A DNA stretch of 64,000 bases from a virus: the IMG/VR virus record IMGVR_UViG_3300027801_002517, positions 1-64,000 of that record; one strand, given 5' to 3'. The translations under genes were made by a program, and so were the position numbers. This document shows positions 54,361-63,861 of this stretch, one piece after another. The notes under the pieces were generated by a model that did not search any database, was not told the DNA's origin, and saw only the letters and a list, made by a program, of their open reading frames with translations. Position 1 is the stretch's first letter, and each line of letters begins with the position of its first letter.

Positions 54361-55112
54361 TACATAATTCCTTTCACTTTAACTGCATCTTCGTACCTAA
54401 GATTGCGATATTTTGGTTGATCAAATTCTGGTCGAGAAACTTGAAACATCTCTGTTCTTTCATTCCATGTTTCACGATCTACTTCTTCTGTATCCATTGA
54501 TCCTGTATAGTCCGGGTTGTCCGGTCTATCATGAAAAATTACGATTCGATTTTCTACCCTTTCAATACCTAGCATAGCACCAACCTCTGAGACCCATGTA
54601 TCATTATGGGCCTGAAGAGAGAAGTGTCCAGTGACTTCATACATTTTTCTGGATATAATTGGAAATGTGTTGATGTCTTTTGCGTCGTCATTTCCTGTCG
54701 ATGGATTTAAAACGACAATATCATTTTGATATTCGGCCAGAATGTCATCCCAGCCGCTTTCAGCCATTGTAGTATCATCATTAAACAAAAATAACATATC
54801 CCCTCTAGAAACATCACAACACTCATTAACATACTTGTTTAGATCGATATATCCTCTAAAACGCTCACCTATTATAACGTAAATGTCCACTTTATCGAAA
54901 GGTAATTCTGTGATCCTAGAGATACTATCAACATCATCAGAATCAAATCTAATTATGATTTCAGCTCGACTTGCATCAGTGGCTGTTTCTGCAATCGAGC
55001 TACAAGTATTAAGGAGATTACTAAACCTTTTACGAGACGGAACTAAAAAAGAAACCAGTTTAGCTTTCCCTCTTTTTAAAATTCTACGTTCATTATCGTC
55101 AATGACTGACAT
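54360..55112 (-). CDS. GT-A fold glycosyltransferase (GT2-like)
   Basis: LVPSRKR, RFDSDD, FNDD (DxD-like), NDTW, IFHD. Confidence 0.75.
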   Translation of the reverse strand: MSVIDDNERRILKRGKAKLVSFLVPSRKRFSNLLNTCSSIAETATDASRAEIIIRFDSDDVDSISRITELPFDKVDIYVIIGERFRGYIDLNKYVNECCDVSRGDMLFLFNDDTTMAESGWDDILAEYQNDIVVLNPSTGNDDAKDINTFPIISRKMYEVTGHFSLQAHNDTWVSEVGAMLGIERVENRIVIFHDRPDNPDYTGSMDTEEVDRETWNERTEMFQVSRPEFDQPKYRNLRYEDAVKVKGIM

Positions 55113-55132
55113 TTAAATTCTCCTAAATTATA

Positions 55133-56272
55133 TCAATTAAATTTGTTAACTATTGATGAGACCATCTTGATCTCTGATTCTGTTAAATTGTGATTATTGG
55201 GTAGATAAAATCCATAATCGCTAACGGTATCTGCATTTGGTAAACGTACTTCTCCGTACCTCTTAATCCAAAACGGTTGTCGTCCAAGAGACCCACATAT
55301 AAGTGGTCTTGTTTCTATGTCATTTTTTATAAGCTCACTAACTATTTCAGATCTATTCTGACTTATTACTGGGTAGGCAAAATTTGAAATAAACTTACTA
55401 TCGGTAGACTTTGGGGGATTCCAAAATGGGTTATCTATTAACTCCCTATATAGGTTATAATTATTATTTCGTATTCTGACAATTTCATCAGAGGTCTTCA
55501 GTTGATTAATACCCAAGAAAGCCTGGAGGTCAGTAGACCTGAAGTTAAATCCCATATAGTGAAACCTATATAAAGCATCAAATGTGTCTTCTTTATCTAT
55601 ACGAAACTCTGGATCAACATCTCTTTCCCAGCCATGACTCCTAATAGCCTTCAGTATATTATAAAGATGGGAATCATTAGTTGAAATAATACCACCTTCT
55701 ATAGTTGATAAGTGATGTCCGAAGTATGTGGAGAAACATGACATTTCTCCTGTAGTACCTAATTTTCGACCTCCATAAGATGAACCAAAAGACTCACAAG
55801 CATCTTCTAGTAATGTAATGTTGTATTTTTTACATGTATTAACAATGAGATCCATTTCAGGAACAAGACCAAGTACAGATACTAATATAGCACATTTTAT
55901 ATTATGTGTCAATGCCAATTGTTCAAAATAAGATAAGTCTAATGATAGATCTTTCATATTGCAGTCACACAATATAGGAGTTAGTCCAAGTTGCACAACT
56001 GGAGCTAGATCAGTAGCCCATGAAACAGCAGGTACAATTACTGAGTCACCTTTATTAAGAGTGCCTTTTTCCAACAATGCTTGCAACATCATCATTACAG
56101 CAGAAGATCCAGAATTTACTGATACACAATGTTTATTGCCTAAGTAATTCGACCATCCTTCTTCGTAATCAACTGTTAAACGACCTTGAGTCAACTTAGG
56201 ATGTGTACGTAGCCAATCCGCTAAAGTATCCATTTCTTCATTATTTATTGTATCTCTAACCAATGGTATCAT
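55133..56272 (-). CDS. colD: ColD-like GDP-4-keto-6-deoxymannose 3-dehydratase (DegT family, His-type)
   Basis: VNSGSSA, EDACES, FSTYFGHHLSTIEGG (His at the PLP-Lys position), RSHGW, GFNFR, IETRPLICG. Confidence 0.8.
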   Translation of the reverse strand: MIPLVRDTINNEEMDTLADWLRTHPKLTQGRLTVDYEEGWSNYLGNKHCVSVNSGSSAVMMMLQALLEKGTLNKGDSVIVPAVSWATDLAPVVQLGLTPILCDCNMKDLSLDLSYFEQLALTHNIKCAILVSVLGLVPEMDLIVNTCKKYNITLLEDACESFGSSYGGRKLGTTGEMSCFSTYFGHHLSTIEGGIISTNDSHLYNILKAIRSHGWERDVDPEFRIDKEDTFDALYRFHYMGFNFRSTDLQAFLGINQLKTSDEIVRIRNNNYNLYRELIDNPFWNPPKSTDSKFISNFAYPVISQNRSEIVSELIKNDIETRPLICGSLGRQPFWIKRYGEVRLPNADTVSDYGFYLPNNHNLTESEIKMVSSIVNKFN

Positions 56273-56274
56273 TT

Positions 56275-57369
56275 TCAGCCTTCTATGAAATATTCGTTAA
56301 TCGTATGAATAATATAAGTCTGTTCTTCGTCTGTCAAGCAATATGCTGATGGAAGAGATATACCCATATCAAAAGCCTTATTACTCACTGGCAAATTCTT
56401 ATCAGCAAAATTCATATGTTTATAACACGGCTGCTGGTTTAGTGGATAAAAGAACTCCCTTGTTTGAATGCCTCTTTTTAAAAGATGATTCATTAGTTCT
56501 GACTTTTTAGATGTCAAAAATGATGTAAACCACCAAACAGGACTACAAAAATCATTCACTGTTATTTTAGTTAAACTGTTGTCAAGCTCATTGTTGTACC
56601 TATCATAAATATGTTTTTTCTTAGTCTTTATTCTATCAAGTTTATTCATCTGAGCAATACCAATGGCGGCTTGCATCTCAGTAAAAGCAAAATTATAACC
56701 TATAGCATCATGCTTGAATCGACCTTTGACTAATCTTCCGTGATTCTTTAGTTGGTAAACCTTATTGCGTATTTTTGTAGAATCAGTTAATACAATTCCG
56801 CCTTCGCCACATGTGATAGTTTTGTTTCCGTAAAAAGAAAGTATACCACATTCTCCAAAGGTTCCAACATGACGACCTTTCCATTTTACTCCCACGCCCT
56901 GTGCCGCATCTTCAATTACAGCAAGGTTATTTTCTTCAGCAATTTTAGTAATAGCATCCATATCACAGGACTGACCATATAAATGAACGGGCATAATAGC
57001 CTTAGTTCTATGGCTGATTAATTCCTCTATTAACGAGGTGTCAATACAAAGATTTTCAGGACTAATGTCACATAGAACTGGTGTTGCACCAGCCAACAAG
57101 ACAGCATTCGAAGATGCTATAAATGTCATATCTGGAACAATAACCTCGTCACCCGGACCTATACTAAGTGCCTTTAAGCAACAATATAATGACATTGTCC
57201 CATTAGTTATAGCAATAGCATATTTAGCTCCAGTAAGATCTCGAATCATCTGTTCGAATTCTTCAGTTAGATTATGTTCTGTAACATAAGTACTGTCAAT
57301 CACCCTAGTAAGCTGTTCTAGCTCTTCACCATCTATCCAAGGCTCAATCTGCGGTATAAAGTCCCTCAT
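56275..57369 (-). CDS. per: DegT-family sugar aminotransferase, GDP-perosamine synthase-like
   Basis: NGT, PVHLYGQ, EDAAQ, SFYGNKTITCGEGG, GYNF, TREFFYP, SLPS. Confidence 0.78.
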   Translation of the reverse strand: MRDFIPQIEPWIDGEELEQLTRVIDSTYVTEHNLTEEFEQMIRDLTGAKYAIAITNGTMSLYCCLKALSIGPGDEVIVPDMTFIASSNAVLLAGATPVLCDISPENLCIDTSLIEELISHRTKAIMPVHLYGQSCDMDAITKIAEENNLAVIEDAAQGVGVKWKGRHVGTFGECGILSFYGNKTITCGEGGIVLTDSTKIRNKVYQLKNHGRLVKGRFKHDAIGYNFAFTEMQAAIGIAQMNKLDRIKTKKKHIYDRYNNELDNSLTKITVNDFCSPVWWFTSFLTSKKSELMNHLLKRGIQTREFFYPLNQQPCYKHMNFADKNLPVSNKAFDMGISLPSAYCLTDEEQTYIIHTINEYFIEG

Positions 57370-57727
57370 AAGACTTTTGTTCCTTTACTACTGATTTAGA
57401 AATATTGTTTATTTCATTTTTAATAAGAAATCTATTATCATTAAGTATAGCATCTAAGCGAGCATGTTTAATAAACTCATCACCAAAAGTTTCATTGTCC
57501 TCCATATCCCTAATGATATCTTCAGTATCCCAAAGCTCTGTATTTATTTGCAACAATTTATCATAAAGTTCTGTAGGAACATCGTGATCCTGCATATTAG
57601 ATTTTAGAATTTTTAGTTCTTGGTTGATATAATACAATTTTGTTTCATCTGTGATGTGATCTCTTTTTATCTCAAGTATTGTAACCTTGTCAACAAGCTC
57701 ACCTACTGATACTTCAATTTTTGGCAT
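57344..57727 (-). CDS. DUF6165-like helical protein
   Basis: IEVSVGELVDKVTILEIK...LWDTEDIIR...NDNRFLIKNEIN...EQKSY. Confidence 0.75.
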   Translation of the reverse strand: MPKIEVSVGELVDKVTILEIKRDHITDETKLYYINQELKILKSNMQDHDVPTELYDKLLQINTELWDTEDIIRDMEDNETFGDEFIKHARLDAILNDNRFLIKNEINNISKSVVKEQKSYEGLYTAD

Positions 57728-58568
57728 ATTCTAAAATCCTTTTCTTGTGAAAATCTATATTCAAGAAATTATCATCCCAAGATATATTTGTACTATCCAA
57801 CTGTGGTTTATAGGTAGCAAACCAATCATGAATAATGAAATGTGGTAAGGAATAGTGCTTGAATAATCTAACCATATTTGGCGTTATAACAGGAATTGAA
57901 TTAACTAATAGAGCCTCATAGTTTCTATGAGTATCATACCCAGCACCCTCTAAGCATATCGTGTACCTAAATTTATTAAGTTGTGATAAATAGTCTATAA
58001 AGGATAATTTATTTTTTTCACTATAAACAAAATCTAAAGATTTCAAATGATCAATAAATCTCTGTCTTTCAGGATTAGTCGATGCAGTATGAAATGGAAG
58101 ATAGAACATATCTAATTTATCTTCCCATCTTGACTTTAACGATTGTTGATTTTTCAAGACTGCTTGATTACCACCATCACGTTCTATCTCTTCAAACCCA
58201 ATTGGTATTGGAATTATTTTGTCATTATGAACAGACGGTGGATTTGTACAGAACCAGTATTTTAAATTTGTATTATTTAATATATCAAGGTAGGATTGAT
58301 CACCATTACGACCAACTGTGTATGAAGAAATACCACTAATAAGTGTAAATTTATTTTTTATATTAGGAAGTACATTCTTCTGAAAGACTCCGTTGTAGAT
58401 CTCGTCCGTTTTAACGAATATTATGTCATTTTCTTTAACAGTGGATGGGTCTATAGAATCAACATTGTGTAGACGCGAAACTCCAGCAGATCTATAGAAG
58501 TCTGCAGAGTGGTCAATAATATGATCTGCCACAGTTGGCATCCAATTGTAATTAATTAAGTCAATCAT
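57714..58568 (-). CDS. Exostosin/GT47-like glycosyltransferase
   Basis: IFVKTD, PIPIGF, YTICLEGAGYDTHRNYEALLVNSIPV. Confidence 0.7.
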   Translation of the reverse strand: MIDLINYNWMPTVADHIIDHSADFYRSAGVSRLHNVDSIDPSTVKENDIIFVKTDEIYNGVFQKNVLPNIKNKFTLISGISSYTVGRNGDQSYLDILNNTNLKYWFCTNPPSVHNDKIIPIPIGFEEIERDGGNQAVLKNQQSLKSRWEDKLDMFYLPFHTASTNPERQRFIDHLKSLDFVYSEKNKLSFIDYLSQLNKFRYTICLEGAGYDTHRNYEALLVNSIPVITPNMVRLFKHYSLPHFIIHDWFATYKPQLDSTNISWDDNFLNIDFHKKRILEYAKN

Positions 58569-59286
58569 ATTTAATAACTTTCCATGTGTTCAAACTGTTC
58601 TGACCCAAAGGTTGATTTCTAAAATCGTGATAAAATATTTTATCTTGTTTGGCGTATATATCTATCAGGGTCTTAAAAGAACTCTCCATGCAATGAATCT
58701 CTTCTGCTTCTTCAATAATCTTAATGAAATGAAAAACATTTTCAGAGATATCATTTTCTACAATATGTAATGATCTATCTATAAAGTGCTTTCTGTCAAG
58801 CTCAAATCCCCTGTCTACATCTTCATGAACAAATATGTAAGGCTCATTATTAGGGTTTAACTTATTAAAAACTCTTTCTTCTTCTTTTGGATCTCGTTCA
58901 AGATAGAAATATTCATGTCTCACATCATAAGGTATATTTACTTGTTCATAGAAAAATTCCCAACAATTCTTGTTTAGTTCTTTCTCAGCGGCTGGGCCTG
59001 GATAGTACTGATGCCCAACAGTTAACATATACTCAGGCTTCTCTGTCTCTATAATTTTTTTTACATCTTCGTATTCATTATCCTTACTTATTTCCCAAAC
59101 CTCAATATCATCGTTGTCTCTATACATATATTCTATCATATTAAAATAATTCGATTTTGAAAATACCGCTATTTTTTCATAAGCAGTATTTTTGCCGATA
59201 TATCGAACCATTCCATTGCAATCAAAATGATCGCCTAAGCCTAAGTGATGATGGATAAATAACTTACTCAACATATTCTCCACCAA
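58561..59286 (-). CDS. Putative GT-B glycosyltransferase
   Basis: HHHLGLGDH, FYEQVNIP, IFVHED, AEEIHCMESSF. Confidence 0.6.
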   Translation of the reverse strand: MVENMLSKLFIHHHLGLGDHFDCNGMVRYIGKNTAYEKIAVFSKSNYFNMIEYMYRDNDDIEVWEISKDNEYEDVKKIIETEKPEYMLTVGHQYYPGPAAEKELNKNCWEFFYEQVNIPYDVRHEYFYLERDPKEEERVFNKLNPNNEPYIFVHEDVDRGFELDRKHFIDRSLHIVENDISENVFHFIKIIEEAEEIHCMESSFKTLIDIYAKQDKIFYHDFRNQPLGQNSLNTWKVIKYD

Positions 59287-60088
59287 AGGTAGCTAATTCT
59301 GGTTTGAAATTCTGCTTTATAAATTCAAGATATCCCTTGCTATTTTCTATATCATCATATACAGCAGGGTCAAATTCTATACCGTCTATTATATCAATAG
59401 GAGTCGGAGTGTCATTAAAGTTTAAATTATTAACAACTGGGTCATATCTTTCATTAATGTAATCATTAGCGTGATTCCAAGTAACACTTTCATAATGCTT
59501 ATACCATAATTGCTTGAGAGCATAAAATCTTTTATTAATAGATTGTAAATGTATAACACCAACGTCTTTGGTCCACACTTTAGGTAAATTTATAGTTGGA
59601 AGCCTTGGTGTGTGATATTTATAAAGAGACATATCAAACTTTTCACAGTGCTCCAACGATACAAAAAATGTTCTATAATTGTCTACATACATAGGGTCTT
59701 GACGGATAGTATCTAAATTTCCCACAACATTAAACCAGTACAACTGGAGATCGTGCGACACACAAAGATTGGTTACCTCCTCCCAATTGGTTAACAAGTT
59801 AGTACTAAGTAGCTCATCAGCGTCTATAGCAAGGACTAAATCTGCTCCCTGCTCTCTGGAATATTCCAGCATAGTAGATCTATTCCTTGACTCACTAAAC
59901 TTTGATTCCTGCCCCTCAAATACCATAGCATGATCTTGGAAGTTTTCCTTAATTACATTTGTAGTATTGTCTGTAGAGTTATCATTATAGAACACCCATT
60001 TATCTACAGGGTATTGATTCCAATATTTAAAAACATGTGGTAATATAATACTTTCGTCTTTTACCATTACATTAGCATGAACGATCAT
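59264..60088 (-). CDS. GT2-family glycosyltransferase
   Basis: VMVKDE, NDNSTDNT, IDADE, VIHL. Start moved to 60088. Confidence 0.85.
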   Translation of the reverse strand: MIVHANVMVKDESIILPHVFKYWNQYPVDKWVFYNDNSTDNTTNVIKENFQDHAMVFEGQESKFSESRNRSTMLEYSREQGADLVLAIDADELLSTNLLTNWEEVTNLCVSHDLQLYWFNVVGNLDTIRQDPMYVDNYRTFFVSLEHCEKFDMSLYKYHTPRLPTINLPKVWTKDVGVIHLQSINKRFYALKQLWYKHYESVTWNHANDYINERYDPVVNNLNFNDTPTPIDIIDGIEFDPAVYDDIENSKGYLEFIKQNFKPELATFGGEYVE

Positions 60089-60755
60089 AGCCCGCTTCCG
60101 TTTTAATGTAGTCGAAAAAATACCCAGAATCATCTAAAATCTTGTCATTACCATCATATGCCTGACCTACAAAAAACTGTGGATGTCTAGATATACGAGG
60201 AAAATTATTTAATAGATAATGGTCATGCTCTAGTGCTTTGTTTTTAACTAAAGGATATATTATTTCCTTTAAGAACATTTGATCGACTTGCCATTTGTTA
60301 TCCAGTTCACCTTTATCATAATCTTCTATCATAGCTTTAATTCCGGCCAATAAGCTATTTCTACATCCCCACATACCACCTAATATTTCTGTTTGATGAT
60401 ATGGATGATCTCTCATAATATGAAAATCTTTATCACTGTTGAGCCATTCATCAACTGCTGCCTTTTCTCGGTATCCTAACCTAGAATCTGCATCCCGCGA
60501 AATCATTACATCTGGACTATCTGCCGCATAAAAACGCCAAAACATACCGTTCCAACCGACTGTTTCCATTAATACACATTCTGATCCTAAATCTGTCAAC
60601 TGTTTGATAATATCTGATGACACATCTATTCCACAATAAAACCTACATATCCAATCTGGATATATTGACCTAGCCAATTGAGCATTTCTAATAGCTCCTA
60701 TTATATACCTTGAAGATTGTCCCCACAAACTAAAAGCAATGATTTTTTGAGTCAT
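60072..60755 (-). CDS. Putative GT-A glycosyltransferase (FSLWG / RDADS / RDHPxH family)
   Basis: IAFSLWG, GMFWRF, SRDADSR, FHIMRDHPYH, ILGGMWG, DQMFL. Confidence 0.65.
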   Translation of the reverse strand: MTQKIIAFSLWGQSSRYIIGAIRNAQLARSIYPDWICRFYCGIDVSSDIIKQLTDLGSECVLMETVGWNGMFWRFYAADSPDVMISRDADSRLGYREKAAVDEWLNSDKDFHIMRDHPYHQTEILGGMWGCRNSLLAGIKAMIEDYDKGELDNKWQVDQMFLKEIIYPLVKNKALEHDHYLLNNFPRISRHPQFFVGQAYDGNDKILDDSGYFFDYIKTEAGYDRSC

Positions 60756-60764
60756 AATAGTTCC

Positions 60765-61526
60765 TCAATCTGTAGTGATTCTCTCCGTTGGAAATCTACG
60801 CTGTTTTCTTTCGTTGAACACTTGATTGTCCCTACCAGAAAAATAGAGAGTCTTTTGTGCAGAATAATCACAATCTCCAGAGTTAGAATTACCTTCTTCG
60901 GCATAGTGTTCATGTTTAATAATTATTTTATCAATATATGTAACCTTATCTAACCTCTTGACTTCTTCTGTAAATTCTTGATCAGAATATAGACTCTTGT
61001 AGTCTGGATGGTAGATATACCCAAAGTGGTCATACAACTTTCTTCCCAAAATAGAAAATGTTATTAGTCCATCCTTATCAGCATGTCCATCGTCAAATGA
61101 GATACAACCATCTAAATCGGGATAATGCTCCTCCATAGCCTGTACGATTTCATCATCCCAATTATTCACTTGTGGAATCATATCATCTGAAATAACAATT
61201 ACAATATCCCAGTTCGTTGATCCCTCTATAAGAGCATTATCGATATTGCCATTTACAGCACTAATTTTAGTTGTATGTTTTTCAAAGCACACGGCTCCAG
61301 AACAAAAGTGATCGTGCCATTTATCTTGATTGTTCCTAGTTTGATAATCAAATGCTTCTTGGATCATATCTTGAACTTCTGTGCAGTTCATAGTCGTATC
61401 ATCAATGTCGCAATTAATGTTGAAAAAGATATCATGCCGACCACTGGTGGTATTGAGATACTTCTTCAAGCAAGACAAAAACTTTTCAGGTCTTGCTAAT
61501 GTTGGAAATTGAGCTAATATTTTCAT
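60765..61526 (-). CDS. GT-A fold glycosyltransferase (GT2-like)
   Basis: FPTLARP, DIDD, ISDDM, YSDQEF, IKHEH. Confidence 0.75.
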   Translation of the reverse strand: MKILAQFPTLARPEKFLSCLKKYLNTTSGRHDIFFNINCDIDDTTMNCTEVQDMIQEAFDYQTRNNQDKWHDHFCSGAVCFEKHTTKISAVNGNIDNALIEGSTNWDIVIVISDDMIPQVNNWDDEIVQAMEEHYPDLDGCISFDDGHADKDGLITFSILGRKLYDHFGYIYHPDYKSLYSDQEFTEEVKRLDKVTYIDKIIIKHEHYAEEGNSNSGDCDYSAQKTLYFSGRDNQVFNERKQRRFPTERITTD

Positions 61527-62392
61527 AACTGTTCCTCTAAGCTTTTAACCTTATTGGCTTCGTCTGTACATTCAATAGCCTTTAATAGTCTAATAGTTCT
61601 ATTAAAACATGTGTGCTTACGTTTGATTTGTCCTTTTATAGCCTCGGAAATGTTATCAGCTTCTTGCTCGTGGAACAATGTTGCTAAAATTTTGTTCAAA
61701 GTTTCTTTTTGATTGTCTGGAACCTGTAGTATAGTGGAGGGACATCTAAAAGTAGCTTCAAAAAATAATTGAGAAAACACAACATGTAAATCGTCAACCA
61801 GTAAAGCTTTACTATATCTGTCAACTATACTGATAAAACTCGAAATGTCAATATTAAAATCAAAATCTTTTTCATCAGTTCCAATTCCTATTGTGTGATA
61901 TGATTCTTCCTTGTCTGTAAAACTTTTAATTGTATCTGTGCTACCACTCGTAACAATGCAGGTTGGTAAATTGAATGGTGTAACTTCTTGTTTAGGGACA
62001 AAAATATCCAATCCTGGTAGTATGTTAATCAATTTGGTCTGTGATTTATTTAATGGACTCATTAACTCGTGAGTGTTTGTAAACAATAATTTTGATTTAA
62101 TTTTTCTTGATGTAAATTCTTGTTCAATCTGATTAATCATTTGATTATCTGCACCTGTGATATTCAAAACCACCTCAATATTACTGCCACTTAAATATTT
62201 CATAATGTCTTGTGTAATGAACCGAAAGTGAGTCAGGAAAACATCTGGGCTGGTGGCATCGAAAATATCAAATGTACTAATATTCTTATCAGCCCAAAAC
62301 ACTGCATCACATTTAGACTCAACCATACACCTATGTAAATACAATGATTCAGTAGAAAGAGGTGTTGAATAATTTTGTAGTAACATTTTCAT
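61523..62392 (-). CDS. Hypothetical, degenerate GT-B-like protein
   Basis: SPDVFLTH, FFEA, C-terminal IKRKHTCFNR resembling the HTxxxR end of CgeB-like GTs. Confidence 0.45.
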   Translation of the reverse strand: MKMLLQNYSTPLSTESLYLHRCMVESKCDAVFWADKNISTFDIFDATSPDVFLTHFRFITQDIMKYLSGSNIEVVLNITGADNQMINQIEQEFTSRKIKSKLLFTNTHELMSPLNKSQTKLINILPGLDIFVPKQEVTPFNLPTCIVTSGSTDTIKSFTDKEESYHTIGIGTDEKDFDFNIDISSFISIVDRYSKALLVDDLHVVFSQLFFEATFRCPSTILQVPDNQKETLNKILATLFHEQEADNISEAIKGQIKRKHTCFNRTIRLLKAIECTDEANKVKSLEEQL

Positions 62393-63138
62393 AATTTTGT
62401 GGTCTTTCTTAAAACCTTGATGTTATCAATTTTTCTTATTGGTTTATTTACAGTATTTGGTTGAATATTTAAAGTCTTTTTTTTACATAATTCATTAATT
62501 GCCTCAAACATAAACTTGTTTTTATATTCTGTTGTAGATACAATTTTGTAAAAGGCATCTATTAAATTTAAATCGTTCAGATATAGAATTTCCGTCCAAT
62601 ATTTACTCTTTATTCCTAACGACAATCTTTGTAACTTTTGTTGTCTTTCTTCTATAATTCCTATTTCGAAGTTGGAATCATCTATTTGATTTTGTACAAC
62701 AACACAAGAACTGTTTAAATCCATCATATCTAAATGTGATGAATAAAACAAAACTCCTCCACCAAAAAAAATAATCTTATCATTCATTATTGTATTCAAG
62801 CACAGTCTGATACTTTCGCAACAATTCGAGTTGTAATACATTTGATTTTCAACAACTTTGATATTTACATTTGAGAATTTGCTTTTCAAAAAATGTACAA
62901 TTTTTATAGATTCAAATCCAACACAAACAATAATTTCAAAATTCTGGAAGCTCGCTTTAATGCTTTCTATTTGTTTCTCTAGAACTGTTTTTCCGTTCTC
63001 CATCTTTAGCATAGAGATTGGTCCATAACTTTTCATCCTATATCCATGATTTTCACCCAGCAAGACTACGGTCATAAAGTCTTTTTTCTTGGCAGTCTTC
63101 CCTTTTTTCGGACTAGTAATGAAATTCTTATTTCTCAT
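62389..63138 (-). CDS. Sugar/choline-phosphate nucleotidyltransferase-like protein (degenerate motif)
   Basis: VVLLGENHGYRMKSYGPISML (AAGxGxR-like), CVGF, VENQMY, SIRLCL, IDN. Confidence 0.65.
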   Translation of the reverse strand: MRNKNFITSPKKGKTAKKKDFMTVVLLGENHGYRMKSYGPISMLKMENGKTVLEKQIESIKASFQNFEIIVCVGFESIKIVHFLKSKFSNVNIKVVENQMYYNSNCCESIRLCLNTIMNDKIIFFGGGVLFYSSHLDMMDLNSSCVVVQNQIDDSNFEIGIIEERQQKLQRLSLGIKSKYWTEILYLNDLNLIDAFYKIVSTTEYKNKFMFEAINELCKKKTLNIQPNTVNKPIRKIDNIKVLRKTTKL

Positions 63139-63854
63139 AAATTTTTAACCATATTATTCAATTCAGCGATAGTTTCAATTTCTTGAATTGTCTTGTTGAA
63201 ATCATTGTGTTTTAAATACTCATTATTAATAGCTGAAAATAACGAACAAGTTATATTCCCCTGTTTGAAGATTATATTCTTATCTAAATCATAATTAAGT
63301 GATGTATCTATTTTAGAGAATAGATCAGGATTGATAATGTCTCCAGCATGTAGTTTACTTAAATAGTTACTACCATACAAATTGGAAAAACAACTGAAAT
63401 CACGAACTCGTGCTTCTTTAACCCCTGTCAAAACTAATCGAGAATTTTTAAATCCATTATTAATTAATGCGTTAGTAAGATGTGCCATTTTTGATACATC
63501 TTTAGTTGTGAATGAACTGATAATTACTTTTATTTTATCGGGTGGATATTGAGTGTCTAAAATTGAGCTGATAGTTTTTTCTACTTTATCGGGAGTACCT
63601 TCGTCGTATATGGCTATCCCGAAAGTAGGCTTAATTTCATTCTGTGCCTCTTCAAGTGTAATTTCAGTGTCTTCATCCCTATATAGATTACAAAGCCGTG
63701 TGAGTCCATATAGTGTGCCTGTGGCTTCTCTAACAACCAAGCACTCTTGACGTTCTTTAAAACTTTTTATTCTTTTACCCCTACAACCTATCTGTAAATT
63801 ACCAATATGCTCACCTTCAAGTTTTTTAGCAAATTTACAACCCTTACAGGTCAT
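63135..63854 (-). CDS. Cys-rich N-terminus plus degenerate GT2-like domain
   Basis: CKGC...GC...LCNLYR then TISSILDTQYPPDKIKVII; DxD not evident. Likely start at 63854. Confidence 0.5.
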   Translation of the reverse strand: MTCKGCKFAKKLEGEHIGNLQIGCRGKRIKSFKERQECLVVREATGTLYGLTRLCNLYRDEDTEITLEEAQNEIKPTFGIAIYDEGTPDKVEKTISSILDTQYPPDKIKVIISSFTTKDVSKMAHLTNALINNGFKNSRLVLTGVKEARVRDFSCFSNLYGSNYLSKLHAGDIINPDLFSKIDTSLNYDLDKNIIFKQGNITCSLFSAINNEYLKHNDFNKTIQEIETIAELNNMVKNL

Positions 63855-63861
63855 AGCCACT

